From NCBI GenBank assembly GCA_964016885.1, contig OZ024740.1, forward strand, positions 270,692,001 to 270,756,000: a stretch of 64,000 nt of DNA, given 5' to 3'. Origin of the DNA: Eledone cirrhosa. Lineage: Eukaryota. How positions within the stretch are numbered: position 1 is the first letter of the stretch; every line of letters begins with the position of its first letter. Both the position numbers and the translations under genes were made by a program. Positions 1-12,296 of this stretch are shown piece by piece. The notes below the pieces were generated by a model. It was not told where the DNA came from. It saw only the letters and a program-made list of their open reading frames with translations, and ran no database searches.

Positions 1-2639
1 AGCAGGAGACTTCAATGGTCATGTTGGACAGCTCCAGGATGGTTACACTGGGGTACATGGTGGGCACGGTTACGGTTCAAGAAATGAAGAAGGAGTGAGA
101 CTTCTTGAATTTTGTGATGCAAGTACATTGACTATTTGCAACACAAACTTCCAGAAACCTGCCAATCACCTAATAACCTACAAATCTGGTGGGCACATAA
201 GCCAGATTGACTTCCTGCTAGTTAGGCAGCGGGACAGGCAGATAGTGTCTAATACCAAGGCATACCCTGGGGAAGAATGTACCCCACAGCATAGGTTAGT
301 TGTTAGTGATATATCAGTAAGCAAGAGATGGAATGAGACATATAGGAAGGTGTGGAGAAGAAAGGTCTGGAAGCTAAAAGACCTTTCACTAAAATTCAAA
401 TTTAGGAAAGCCCTTCAAGATGTATATGACGAAAAAGAAGACGATTTAGAGACGTATGACATAGATAATAACTGGAAGTTCTTACGTGACAACTTGCTGA
501 AGGCTACTGATGAAACCTGTGGCTGGAGCAGAGCTCCAACCAGACAGAGAGTGACCTGGTGGTGGAACAGCAGTGTAGATAAGGCTATTAGAGACAAAAG
601 ACTAGCATGGAAGGCTTGGAAAAAGGGTGGGAGTAGGGAAGAATATACAGTCACTAAGAGAGAAGCTAGACGTCAGGTGTACTTAGCACGCAGGGAGGCA
701 GAGAGTAGGAGATTTGCCAATGTTCTGCGACGGGAAGATCAGAGGCGTGCGGTGTTCCACATTGCAAGGCAGTGTGTCAATGCAAATCAGGATGTTGTTG
801 GTGATAAATGTGTCCGGGATGATGCCGGTGTACTTAGTGTCACGAATGACCAGAAAAAGGAGGCCTGGAAATGTCATTATGAGAGACTGATGAATGTGGA
901 GAACGAATGGGAGAGAGAGAAATTACCCTTGGTAGATCCGACAGAGGGACCAGCTATTGAGATTGACGAATATAGGGTCCAAGAGGCGATTAGGGAAATG
1001 AAAAATGGTAAGGCGGCCGGACCATCGGGAATAGTTGCTGAGATGCTGAAGGCATCAGGGGACGTAGGCACTAAACTGGTTGCACGCATAATCAATCAGG
1101 CTATATATGGTGGTGTCATACCCAAAGACTGGTGCACCAGTATTCTCATAAATTGCTACAAAGGTAAAGGGGATGTTTTGGAGAGGAGCAATTATAGGGG
1201 TATAAAACTGATAGATCAGGTTATGAAAGTGGCAGAAAGGATTTTAGCACAACTAATTAGAGAAAGGGTCAAACTAGATGACATGCAGTTTGGTTTTGTG
1301 CCTGGGAAGAGTACAACAGATGCCCTCTTCTTGGTGAGACAAATGCAAGAGAGGTTCTTAGAGAAGAATAAGCCACTATACTTAGCCTTTGTTGACCTAG
1401 AGAAGGCCTTTGATAGGGTACCCCGATCTGTCATCTGGTGGTCCCTAAGGAAGCTGGGTGTTGAGGAATGGCTTGTAAGGACAGTGCAAACTTTGTACAG
1501 AGGTACTCTCAGTAAAGTCAGGGTAGGAATGGAGTTTAGTGAGGAATTCCAGATACAAGTAGGAGTACATCAGGGTTCGGTCCTCAGCCCGCTCTTGTTC
1601 ATTATAGTCCTCCAAGCCATAACAGAGGAGTTTAAGACTGGCTGTCCATGGGAACTTCTCTATGCTGACGATCTGGCTCTTATGGCAGAATCAGTAGAGG
1701 AGCTAGAGAATAAATTCCGGCTATGGAAACAGCAGTTGGAAGCAAGAGGACTGAGAGTAAATCTAGCTAAGACAAAAGTGTTGATGAGTAGAAAAGAGGA
1801 CAAAACCCTGATTCCGTCAGGGAAATGGCCATGTTCGATATGCAGAAAAGGAACTGGCATAAATTCTATAAAATGCACACAATTTAGGTCCTGGGTACAC
1901 AAGAGATGTAGCGGGATAGCAGGCAAACTAACAGGTAGGGAGAAATATGTATGCAGTAGATGTACAGGGAAATTAGACAGTAGAAGTCGCACTGATAGAC
2001 ACATTTTTCAAATGCGAGAGGGCGCTATAGAAGTGGTGGATAGCTTCCGGTACCTAGGAGATCAGATTAGCATGGGAGGAGGGTGTTCCGAGGCCATAGT
2101 ATCTAGAATAAGGACGGGTTGGAAGAAGTTTAGGGAGCTGCTTCCTCTGTTGACGAAGAAGGGTTTCTCCCTGCGTACGAAAGGCCGGTTGTATGATGCC
2201 TGTGTGAGGAGCGCGATGCTGCATGGTAGTGAGACATGGGCAGCAACCGCAGAAGATATGCGACGGCTGGAGAGAAATGAGGCAAGCATGCTCCGTTGGA
2301 TGTGCAGTGAAAATGTGCGTGAACGACCCAGCATAAATGTGTTGAGAGAGAAACTGTGTCTGAGAGGGATAGAATGTAGTGTACGGGAGAGGAGACTGAG
2401 GTGGTATGGACATGTGATGCGCATGGAGGATGACCGATGGGTGAAGAAGTGCCAGGAAATGCCAGTTGAAGGAAGACGTGGTAGAGGTAGACCACGAAAA
2501 ACATGGGCGGAGGTGGTGAGAACAGACCTCAGATCATTGAAGCTCACGGTGGAGATGACGAGGGACCGTGACGAGTGGAGAGATGCTGTGCTGAATAAGA
2601 CCCGTCCCACCCTTGCAAGCAGGGAAAAGCGGACGTAAA

Positions 2640-2670
<31 letters not shown>
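1..2670 (+). mobile_element. RTE-clade LINE (family A), near-intact ORF running off the 5' edge of the window; (TGA)n tail
   Basis: Frame is open from nt 2 (AGDFNGHVG, APE endonuclease motif) through RT motifs (FVDLEKAFD, QGSVLSP, YADD) to TAA 2636-2638; (TGA)n tail at 2641-2670. Confidence 0.95.
2..2638 (+). CDS. LINE ORF: AP-endonuclease (partial) + reverse transcriptase + PHD-like Zn finger
   Basis: The 847-aa ORF in the track extends upstream in frame; motifs GDFNGH, SDI, YADD and CSIC...CTQF...H..C...CSRC. Confidence 0.9.
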   Translation, partial: AGDFNGHVGQLQDGYTGVHGGHGYGSRNEEGVRLLEFCDASTLTICNTNFQKPANHLITYKSGGHISQIDFLLVRQRDRQIVSNTKAYPGEECTPQHRLVVSDISVSKRWNETYRKVWRRKVWKLKDLSLKFKFRKALQDVYDEKEDDLETYDIDNNWKFLRDNLLKATDETCGWSRAPTRQRVTWWWNSSVDKAIRDKRLAWKAWKKGGSREEYTVTKREARRQVYLARREAESRRFANVLRREDQRRAVFHIARQCVNANQDVVGDKCVRDDAGVLSVTNDQKKEAWKCHYERLMNVENEWEREKLPLVDPTEGPAIEIDEYRVQEAIREMKNGKAAGPSGIVAEMLKASGDVGTKLVARIINQAIYGGVIPKDWCTSILINCYKGKGDVLERSNYRGIKLIDQVMKVAERILAQLIRERVKLDDMQFGFVPGKSTTDALFLVRQMQERFLEKNKPLYLAFVDLEKAFDRVPRSVIWWSLRKLGVEEWLVRTVQTLYRGTLSKVRVGMEFSEEFQIQVGVHQGSVLSPLLFIIVLQAITEEFKTGCPWELLYADDLALMAESVEELENKFRLWKQQLEARGLRVNLAKTKVLMSRKEDKTLIPSGKWPCSICRKGTGINSIKCTQFRSWVHKRCSGIAGKLTGREKYVCSRCTGKLDSRSRTDRHIFQMREGAIEVVDSFRYLGDQISMGGGCSEAIVSRIRTGWKKFRELLPLLTKKGFSLRTKGRLYDACVRSAMLHGSETWAATAEDMRRLERNEASMLRWMCSENVRERPSINVLREKLCLRGIECSVRERRLRWYGHVMRMEDDRWVKKCQEMPVEGRRGRGRPRKTWAEVVRTDLRSLKLTVEMTRDRDEWRDAVLNKTRPTLASREKRT

Positions 2671-2671
<1 letters not shown>

Positions 2672-2850
2672 ATATATACAAATATATATATATATTCAAA
2701 TATATATATATACATAGCTACCTATCTATATTTATTTACCATTCTACTATCTTTAACTCCCCCTCTCACTCTATATATAGATAGATAGATAGATATAGAC
2801 AGATATCTATTTATATGTATTTATTTATTGTGTGTGCACGCATGTGTGTG

Positions 2851-3040
2851 TGTACATAGCTACATACACATTGATACATATATATATTTACACATATATA
2901 TTACAGTATATGTTATACTCTGTACATAGCTACATACACATTGATACATATATATATTTACACATATATATTACAGTATATGTTATACTCTGTACATAAC
3001 TACCTACATATTGATGCATATATATATTTACACATATATA
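2851..3040. repeat. 60-bp tandem repeat, about 3 copies
   Basis: tgtacatagctacatacacattgatacata... recurs in tandem; lines 2881 and 2941 carry near-identical blocks. Confidence 0.75.
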
Positions 3041-3217
3041 TTTTCACATTCCTTGAATATGAAATTTTTGGCATTCATTTTTTTGTGATTTTTCATTAAT
3101 ATTTCTAATCATGATAGAAAATTGCATATTGCTTCAAATTAAATTATAAAAGCAAATACCTATTTGTACTTTTATGTTAAGTAATTAATGGAGTATATAA
3201 TAGTTGATCAGCATCAT

Positions 3218-3421
3218 TTAACCCTTTAGCATTTATGAGAGATAAAAGGCTTTATCTCTCATAATTATCCCACATAATATCGTATCTATGAGATTTTGAT
3301 ATTAATTATTTTGAGAACAATACTTTAACATCAGTATGGGCGGCTGGTTACAGTCAGTTTGAACAGAAAGAAGTGAGAAAATTCTGGCCAGATATGGCCG
3401 GTTTAAATGCTAAAGGGTTAA
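3218..3421 (+). mobile_element. piggyBac-type MITE (TTAA TSD, TIR CCCTTTAGCATTTA)
   Basis: TTAA|CCCTTTAGCATTTA ... TAAATGCTAAAGGG|TTAA; four related copies elsewhere in the window. Confidence 0.85.
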
Positions 3422-3989
3422 TGTCTGCTTTCCCAAGTCAGTATTGAAGTGGGAGGTCTGTATCCTACTTACGTATGATCATATTGAGTGCAGAGGAGAA
3501 GTTGTGTCTTATAATACAAACTGAACGGTCCTCCTAACCCCTATGGCTAGAAGCTCTTCCTAACACCAAGCACTTTACAGCATGGACTGGGTGCTTTTAT
3601 TGTGTAGGTCACTTGCACTAGGGAAGCTGTCATGTCCTTGACACAACTAAAGGGTCCTCTTAATCTTTTGTTTGCCATCACTCTATGGGTGGATGCCCTT
3701 CCTATCACCAACCATTTCACAGCATTGTTGATGGCTGTGTAGTTGTGAAGATAACTTCACAACATATTTCCATGTTCAGCCCCATACTGCAATAGCTTGG
3801 GCATGTATCTTTTTTCATATCCTAGTTTTATGAATCTGTTTGACATGTACCAATGAAGACCATCATGTGTTCATATTTATATGTGTATATATTTATGGAT
3901 ATGAATAGATTTTGGTGTAAATATGTATACCAAGAGCATTTTTCATGGTATGAGTGAAGTGTCTTCTCAACTCTGGTGACATATATATA

Positions 3990-4398
3990 CGAGGGCAATC
4001 CCAAAAGTAAGGTCTCCTTCCAATATTGCAACTTCCGATATTGCAACTTTTCCGTTAAAATCCTGTGCATGGTGCTTCGAGAAACCTCAGGAACCAAAAT
4101 GCAGAGAGCATCCAGAGTGATCTGCCGATCTTTACGCATGTTTTCCTCGGAAGGAGACCTTACATTTGGGATTGCCCTCGTATATAATTACTCCGCGAAA
4201 TTCGCACTTGGCGGTAGCTTTCAATGGGAACTCCATTCTCAATGGCTGCCAAGCCAAGATTGAGCATCCTAGTGAAGCGCGCGCATGCTTGTTTGGGAGT
4301 GAAGGAAGCACCAATCACAACAGTGTTGCCAACAGCCGTACGAGCAGTTTCTCTGCGTCCCCATCGCTTTGGAGACCTTACTTTTGGGATTACCCTCG
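3990..4398 (-). mobile_element. mariner-derived element with three 28-bp TIRs and transposase fragments
   Basis: TIR CGAGGGCAATCCCAAAAGTAAGGTCTCC at 3990-4017, inverted copies at 4153-4180 and 4371-4398, each TA-flanked; minus-strand peptides DRQITLDAL...VSRSTMHRILTEKLQYRK and MEFPLKATAKCEFRGVI resemble a mariner N-terminus. Confidence 0.85.
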
Positions 4399-4459
4399 TA
4401 TATATACTTTGCATGGCAATAAAAACCTTAGAATAACCCTTTAAAGGAAAATGTGCAAC

Positions 4460-4955
4460 ATATTGAAACTAAAATTTATTTATTTTGCAAAACATAATCT
4501 CCCTTGAATGCAATAACATCTTTACAGTGCTTGTGCAAACCATTTAATTCTTTCTGGAACCCTTCTTTCAGCAATTGTCGAAATCAGTGCAGCATTCATC
4601 CACCACCTCATCTAATCAAGCGAAAATTTTCCTTGTTTATTCCGTTTCTTTATTTATTCCTGTAACATGTGCAATGCAATGCAATGATTGTTTCAATTCT
4701 GCATCAGTGATACTTTGAATGAGTTGAATGTTGGCATTAATAGTGTTTGTGCAAGGATGACCAGAATAAAGGAGCATCAATAAATGATCTACTGCCATCT
4801 TTGAATTGTTTCACCCAATGTTAAATGGTTGAATTTGCTGGAACATTATTAATTCCTCTCTCCTGCAATTGTGCAATAATATTTGTTGCTGCTTTGCCTC
4901 GTTTCCATTCAATGAAAACATATGCTCTAAAATTTTCTTGACTTAAATTCATTCG
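4460..4955 (-). pseudogene. degenerate mariner transposase relic
   Basis: Minus strand from about 4952 reads MNLSQENFRAYVFIEWKRGKAATNIIAQLQ, like a mariner N-terminal HTH; downstream sequence is decayed. Confidence 0.55.
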
Positions 4956-5089
4956 ATGACAAAATAATTATGCATGAGCCTGTGACAAAATACAACATTC
5001 ATACAGAATATCACATGTGTACAACAAAATTCAAATTCCAACTAATATTACTTTATTGCTACACCAAGGATATATATATATATATATAT

Positions 5090-5350
5090 CTTCATCACTG
5101 TTTTACGTCCATTCTTCCACACTAGCATGGGTTAGGTGGGTTGTCCTGTTGTGAGCAATGTCAGGTCAGGTGACCATGTCTTGCTCATACAGAACTGATT
5201 TTGGCATGATTTCTACAGCTGGATGTCTTTCCTAACACCAACTTCATTTACAATGAGTATTGGCTGCTTTTTACCCTGGTGCCTACACGACCACTTCACA
5301 TTGTGGACTGGGTGCTTTTTTTCTCGTGACACCTACACGACCACTTTACA
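5090..5350 (-). mobile_element. RTE 3'-UTR fragment (family B type)
   Basis: ttttacgtccattcttccacactagcatgggttag... and ~46-bp subrepeats match the reverse complement of 12060-12270. Confidence 0.7.
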
Positions 5351-6204
5351 GCTTTGGCCATGGGAAGTCGAGTCTCACATATGAGAGATGTAATCTAGAA
5401 AACCTATAAACCATGTTGCTCAGGTAATATCTTGCCATCCCTATCATTCTAAATGGAAGAAGCCAGTGATTGAATCATTGGTGACCTATTTTGTATCACA
5501 AAAATGTGATACAAACAATCAAAGAATATTGAAACATGCACATTTTTTCCTTTCAGACTTTGATGTTCATTAAAAAGAGAGTCTAATGCAGATAGATTTG
5601 TTGAACAGCCAGTATTAAAGGATGAAAAATACTTATATTTCTTGAGTGTAGCGTTTAGGATGATTACTATAACAATAACAACAATATTTGCAGCTTATTT
5701 TTTTTATTCTTGTTGTTGTCATAGATGTTTTTGACACTGTTGCTGTACATTTGATTGTCTCAGTATGCTCTACATGAAAAGACTGATTGCATGGAGTTAG
5801 TTGATTGGATGAAAGTATATTTAACTAATATTTCTCAATATCTATGTGTTATTGTTTATTTAAGCATAGATGTATGGGTAAGATGTGGGATTTGCAACTC
5901 CACAGTTTCAGGTTTAATCCCACTGCATGTCACATTAGAGATATGTTCCTCTGTCACAGCCTAGTGGTTGTGGTGGTTGTTGGGGTGGGTAACTCATCAA
6001 GTGTGAGGTTGCAGAGCTTTTGGGACTGGGGGGGGGGTTAAGTATATATATGTATAGTTGTAGGGGTGCTGTATTGACATACATCGTTTCTTGGGCATTG
6101 TAAGCCTGGCAAAGCCCATCCCTCTCCAGGCTTGAGTACAGCAGATTTCTTCCAGAGAAAGATAGAAAGTGAGAGAGAGGAAATGAGAAAGAGATATAGA
6201 GGAA

Positions 6205-6705
6205 GAATCCACCCCAGTACCAGACTGGTACTTTTTTTATTGACCTCGAAACGATGAATGGCAAAGTTGACCTCAGAGAGTAGAGAGCCAGAACGAATAC
6301 CATAAAGTATTCTAACTGACGTACTAACATGGAGGCACATGGCTTAGTGGTTAGAGCATTGGCCTTGCAATCGAAAGGTTGTGAGTTCAATTCTCAGACC
6401 GGGTGATGTGTTGTTTCCTTGAGCACTTTATTTCACATTGCTCCAGTTTACTCAGCTGTAGAAATGAGATGATAGGGACTGGGGTCCATATCATTCCACT
6501 GCAAAGTGGTCGTGGAGGCGCCACGGCAAAAAAGCACCCAGCACTCACTGTAAATGAGGTTGGTGTTAGGAAGGGCTTCCAGCTGTAGAAATCAAGCCAG
6601 AATCAGTTCCTGTCCCACCCTTGCAAGCAGGGAAAAAGCGGACGTAAAATGAAATGAAAAAAATGAAATGAAAATGTACTAACGACTCTGCCAATTTGCC
6701 GCCTA
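6205..6705. mobile_element. nested SINEs: tRNA-derived SINE with RTE 3' tail (about 6329-6675, +) inserted into a minus-strand SINE
   Basis: A-box/B-box head (tggcttagtggttag ... gagttcaattc), 3' end matching LINE 2604-2643, duplicated GTACTAAC at 6321 and 6676; the host SINE resumes after 6676. Confidence 0.75.
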
Positions 6706-7074
6706 TTAAGCATATATACCATACATAATAGTATTCTCAGCTATTTACATCTTTGATGGTATAGCAATAGCTCACTTTCTATTGTGTTTATTTGTACTTG
6801 TTACTTATTTGAACAATTATTTGTTAGTAATTAACTAACAAAACTTTAAGATGATTCAACAATTTTCCACATTATTAGAGGGGCTTAAGCCCCAAAAGCC
6901 CCTGAGTGCTGGAAGGCTTGGGTTGGTATTTCTTGTAGTAGCAGTTCTTTCATGGGCTTCATTTTGTAGTTGGTTTTGGTTGTGTTGACTATGAGAATGA
7001 TGATGATGCCAATAATGATGAAAAGGACAAAGAGATGGTTAACTGCAAATGAAAGTGATATTGTTATCTTACAG

Positions 7075-7178
7075 GATGATGAAGGCAACTATAGTACATT
7101 TCTGTCGGCCATTCATGAGTACTTAAAAAATGAGAAATTACATTTTATTCAGAATGTCAAGAATGAATTGGAAGATGA
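7075..7178 (+). CDS. TSNAXIP1: internal exon of a TSNAXIP1-like gene (DDEGNYSTFLSAIHEYLKNEKLHFIQNVKNELED)
   Basis: Acceptor ttgttatcttacag and donor GA|gtgagt; peptide resembles the EDEEG...F...EK..Y....K.EL segment of the TSNAXIP1 C-terminal region (from memory); ends in phase 2, matching exon 39983. Confidence 0.7.
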
Positions 7179-7823
7179 GTGAGTAACCATTAAATAGTCA
7201 TTTTCTTTAACCTTAATTAAATGTCATTTGTATCATTAGCAACTAAATTAATAGGCTGATCTTTTATGCTAATGTCAATTGTAAACATTACGTCTTTTTT
7301 CGTTTTCAGGCATGGTTTATCTTGGACTATAATATAAAAAGTTTTATGGATTTTTTAAAGACAATAGCGTTTGATTTGAAAGAAATTTGGCTGCTATTTC
7401 TAGCAGTTCGAGGGACCTTGTATAAAGTTTAAATCGTCGGATGTTGTCCACTATTCTGTGGAGCAAAATCATATCAGTTTATTGAAATTGATGTTCATAT
7501 GCTTGACATACAAATGTCACTGGTTTATGATAAAGAATCCACATTTATTCAATTAATATAGTTTTACTCATAATTTTAATCTATTCCTATGGCTGGTTGA
7601 ATATACAATGATTTTAGACAATAAATATTCTGTAAATTGATGATGTTGTCTAGATATGTCTAGTGATTCAATTTAGAAAATATGAATCACCTATTGTCAC
7701 CATTTAGCCTCAGTTCAGCCATAGCAGAGCAAAGATATATATCATCATCATCATCATTTTGTATGTATGTGTGTATATATATATATACATACATATGTGT
7801 ATGTGTGTGCATGTATATGTATG

Positions 7824-7904
<81 letters not shown>

Positions 7905-8140
7905 AAATAGTTTATGAAGCTAGTCAAAGAAAATCGGTGCAGCTTCAGCCAATGATATAAGGTTTGTATAATAGAAATACAAACCCATTATTCAGAGTGC
8001 ACGCATATGTTAATAAACGAGATAAACAACTATGTATGGGTATTGATATTAATATATTAAATATACTCAGAATGATCCATCGGTTTCTAGGCTCTGGTCT
8101 ATTAACAATAACTCCAATTAAGTACGTAACTAACTGTTCT

Positions 8141-8310
8141 GTCTGGCTAGAATTTTCTCAAAATAAATAGCAAAATCTCATAGATTCGATATTATGTGAG
8201 ATAATTATGTGAGGTAAAGCCTTTACTGGGAATATATAATAGTATATATAGTGTAATGTAAATGCTAAAAGTATATAATGTAAATGCTAAAAGTATATAT
8301 GTAAATGCTA
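8141..8310 (-). mobile_element. partial piggyBac-type MITE, reverse orientation
   Basis: caaaatctcatagattcgatattatgtgagataattat...gtaatgtaaatgctaaaa is the reverse complement of the MITE body. Confidence 0.65.
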
Positions 8311-8656
8311 TAATAGTATATATATATTTCGTTTCTGAATTTGTTTAGCAAGATTCTTATTGGCAACATGACCCTCCCAAAGTATAACAGTATATATATA
8401 GTGTAATGTAAATGTTAATATAACTCAGACCTTTATATATTGGATATTCTGGAACGTTCATGACCCCTTTCATCACAGGAGACCTTATGGAAGGAGCAGA
8501 GGGTAAATATATGAAAGAGGCAGAGAAAGAACTTATAAAAAAGCTGTTGTGTGAGAAGGAAGGTGGAGGGCATGGTGGAAGGACCACACATGGGTATTTT
8601 AATGATGAAGGTCCTTTCTTTTATCATTAAATGATAAGTAATACATTGATAAACAT

Positions 8657-8884
8657 TTAACCCTTTAACATTTACATTACTTTATATTTACTATTGTATT
8701 TTCATAGCAAACACTTTCTTCGCATAATTATCTCACATAATATCGAATCTATGAGATTTTGGTATTATTTATTTTGAGAACAATGCCTTAACATCACTAT
8801 GAGTGGCCAGTTACAGTCGGTTTGAACAGAAAGAGGTGAGAGAATTCTGACCAGATGTGACCAGTTTAAATGCTAAAGGGTTAA
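8657..8884 (+). mobile_element. piggyBac-type MITE
   Basis: TTAA|CCCTTTAACATTTA ... TAAATGCTAAAGGG|TTAA. Confidence 0.85.
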
Positions 8885-9730
8885 ACATCTGTGGCATTAT
8901 TCAGAAGTAGTTAACAAAATAAAATTTACAAGTTGTTGGGCATAATATTAATATAAACATTCTATATGTTGAATATTCAGAATACACCTACTCACATATA
9001 TATACTTTTAGTGTTTTTACTGACTTAACCAATTATCGATCGTTTAATGCGAGCTGTATTAATTTTTGTTGATGACCATAATTAATTCATGAGATATATC
9101 AATGATTGTTAAGTCACCGATGATATTAAACTTTTGTTGATTTATGAATTTGTTCACTACTAATTCCATTCCATTTATGAAATACTTTGTGACTGATTAA
9201 CCCCAATTAACACTGAGAGGCCAGTGTGTTGCACAATGTTGCAGTACCATATATTGCATGCAGCACCTCATGGTATTGATTTCATCGACCTCTTGGTATA
9301 TATATATATCAAGATAAAACCAGTTTTAAACTAGTTGAACCATTACTCAACAGCATACTCAATACTTGCGATAAAAGAAAATGGATGTCAAATGATGATT
9401 GGCTTCAGAATGCAATAGCAAGAATGGAAAATAGATGTTAAAGGGTGATGGTGACAGAAACACACACACATGTGCATACATACATATATAGGACACATAC
9501 ATGGCTATGTTGTTAAGAGGTGTTCTACAAAATTACAGGATCTTGGATTATATCCCCTTGTGAAGCACTTTGGGCAAATCTTTTTTTACTATAGCCTCAG
9601 GTCAACCAATGCCTTGTGAAGGAATTTGGTTGCTGGAAGTTGTAATGTTATATTTATGTGTATATATGTGTACATGTGTAACTGAATATTTGTGTGTATG
9701 TATGTAATATATATGTGTGTGTGTATTTGT

Positions 9731-12265
9731 AAAAGCTTATTACTTGATGCCTTTGACAATAAGGAAGAGCAATTAGAGACGTGTAATATAGAGGAAGAGT
9801 AGCAATTCTTGAAAGTGTACCTGCTGAAAGCAACGGATGAAATCTATGGCTGGAACAGACCTATTGGCAGGAGGAGAGTAACTTGGTGATGGAACAGTAA
9901 GGTGGAAGAGACAATCAAGGCCAAAAAGCAGGCTTGGAAAGTATGGCAGGATGGAGGAAATAGAGAGCACTATCAAGTGGCCAGGAGAGAAGCTAGGAGA
10001 CAAGTGTACCTTGCAAAAAGGGTAGCAGAGGAGAGAAAGTTCAAGCATGTTCTGCAACATGAGGACCAAAAACGTGAGGTGTTCAGGATTGCTAGACAAT
10101 GTGTCAAGGAAAACCGTGATATTGTCGGGGAGAAGTGTGTCCGTAATGATAATGGTGTACTTGCGCTCACTGATACTGATAAGAAGATAGCCTGGAAGTG
10201 TCACTATGATAGACTATTAAATGAGGAGAATAAATGGGAAAAAGATAGTCTGCCCCAAATCGATCCAATAGAAGGACCAGCGGTGCAAGTTAAAGGTAGT
10301 ATAATAAGTAAGGCAATCAAAGATATGAAGACAGGCAAGGCAGCTGGGCCTTCGGAGATAGTTGCTGAGATGTTGAAGGCATCTGGTATCGTGGGACACA
10401 CTATGGTCACCCGTATAGTTAACCAAGTAATACAGAATGGGGACATACCGAAAGATTGGCGTAGCAGCATCATCATTAACTGCTACAAGGGTAAAGGGAA
10501 TGCTCTAGATAGGGGAAACTATAGAGGCATTAAGTTAGTTGACCAGGTCATGAAGGTCACAGAAAGAGTTATAGTGCAACTAATCAGAAAGCGAATTGAT
10601 CTAGATGAAATGCAGTTTGGGTTTGTGTCAGGTAAAAGTACCACAGACACTCTTTTCCTTGTACAACAACTACAAGAGAAGTTCCTAGCTAAAAGTAAAC
10701 CCCTCTACTTAGCTTTTGTAGGCCTGGAGAAAGCTTTTGACAGAGTCTCCCGCTCCATTATCTGGTGGGCTCTTAGAAAACTAGGTGTAGATGAATGGCT
10801 TGTGAGAGCTATACAAGCTATGTATAATGAAACAGTCAGTAAGGTTAGAATTAACAATGAATATTGTGAAGAATTTAGTGTAAAAGTTGGCGTTCATCAA
10901 GGCTCTTTCCTTAGCCCCCTCTTATTTATTATTGCCCTTTAGGCTATAACAGAGGAGTTCATAGGAACTCCTATACGCAGATGATCTAATGCTCATAGCT
11001 GAATCAATGGCTGAACTAGAGAAGAAATTCAAAACATGGAAGCATGGCCTAGAATCAAAAAGCCTTAAAGTTAACTTGTCTAAGACTAAAGTTCTAGTTT
11101 GTAGAAAGGAAAATAGGGCACAGGTGCCCTCAGGGAAATGGCCATGCTCAGTGTGTAGGAAAGGAGTAGGCAGAAATTCCATTTTATGTCCCAAATGCAA
11201 AGTATGGGTACATAAAAGATGTAGTGGGATTACAGGTAAACTATCTAAGAATGTAGACTATATATGTGGCCAATGCTCAGGTGCAATAAGTAGCAAGTGT
11301 CCAAAGGATACTAGCTCCTTCCATTGCCCAGATGGTTCTATAGAAATAGTAGACACTTTCCGTTACCTGGGTGACGAAATCAGCAGTGGTGGAGGGTGTT
11401 CTGAAAGTACAGTAGCCAGAGTCAGAACGGGATGGAAAAAGTTCAGAGAGCTTATACCGCTGTTGGCTACAAAAGGTTTCTCTCTGAAAATGAAAGGCAG
11501 ATTGTATGATGCCTGTATACGAACAGCAATGCTACATGGCAGTGAGACATGGGCATTACGTGCAGAGGACCTGCGTAGACTGGAAAGGAACGAAGCATGC
11601 ATGCTCTGTTGGATGTGTAATATACGTGAACGGCAAAGCATAAATGAACTAAGTGAGAAATTAGGAATAAGAGGCATCAGATGCTGTTTACTTGAGAGAA
11701 GACTATGTTGGTATGGTCACGTGATGCGCATGAAAGACGACAGTTGCATAAAAAAGTGCAGGGCGATCAAAATTGATGGTAGTTACGAAGTAGGTAGACC
11801 CAGAAAAACCTGGGATGATCTGATAAATTCCGACCTAACACACATCTCTCTAAGACAATGTCTCTGGACCGAGATCTTTGGCGCTACGCATTAATACAGA
11901 AGACCCGCCTTGCCTATGTACAAAGCGAAACCTAGTCAGTAGGCACCTCTTAACCAAATATACACCCTGATCTACTACCCCTACCCTATCCTTCCACTCC
12001 CACCAACAGCACGAGAAAATGAGATCGAGTTCGTGTAGGTGTCATGACAAAAAAAACACAGTCCACGCTGTAATGTGGCCATGTAGGTAACACGGTAAAA
12101 AGTTTCCAGTTCCACACTGTAAATGTAGTTGGTGTTAGAAAGGGCATCCAGCTGTAGAAAACCTGCCAGATAGTCCTATATGAGCGAGACATGGTCACCC
12201 GACCAGCCTTGCTGGGACAACTCCCGTCTAACCCATGCTAGCATGGAAAATGGACGTTAAACGAA

Positions 12266-12295
<30 letters not shown>
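9731..12295 (+). mobile_element. 5'-truncated, disabled RTE LINE (family B) with ~350-nt 3' UTR and (TGA)n tail
   Basis: ORFs 9902-10942 and 10989-11894 are homologous to LINE 1-2638 with stops and a deletion; ends ...atggacgttaaacga(tga)n. Confidence 0.92.

Positions 12296-12296
<1 letters not shown>

Noticed and set aside
178-2715. Antisense ORFs over the LINEs and LTR pol
   Set aside because: Shadow frames of the retroelement coding strand.
6331-6400. tRNA genes at SINE heads (also 19958, 29470, 58914)
   Set aside because: A/B boxes are present, but there is no complete cloverleaf or terminator and they continue into SINE bodies.
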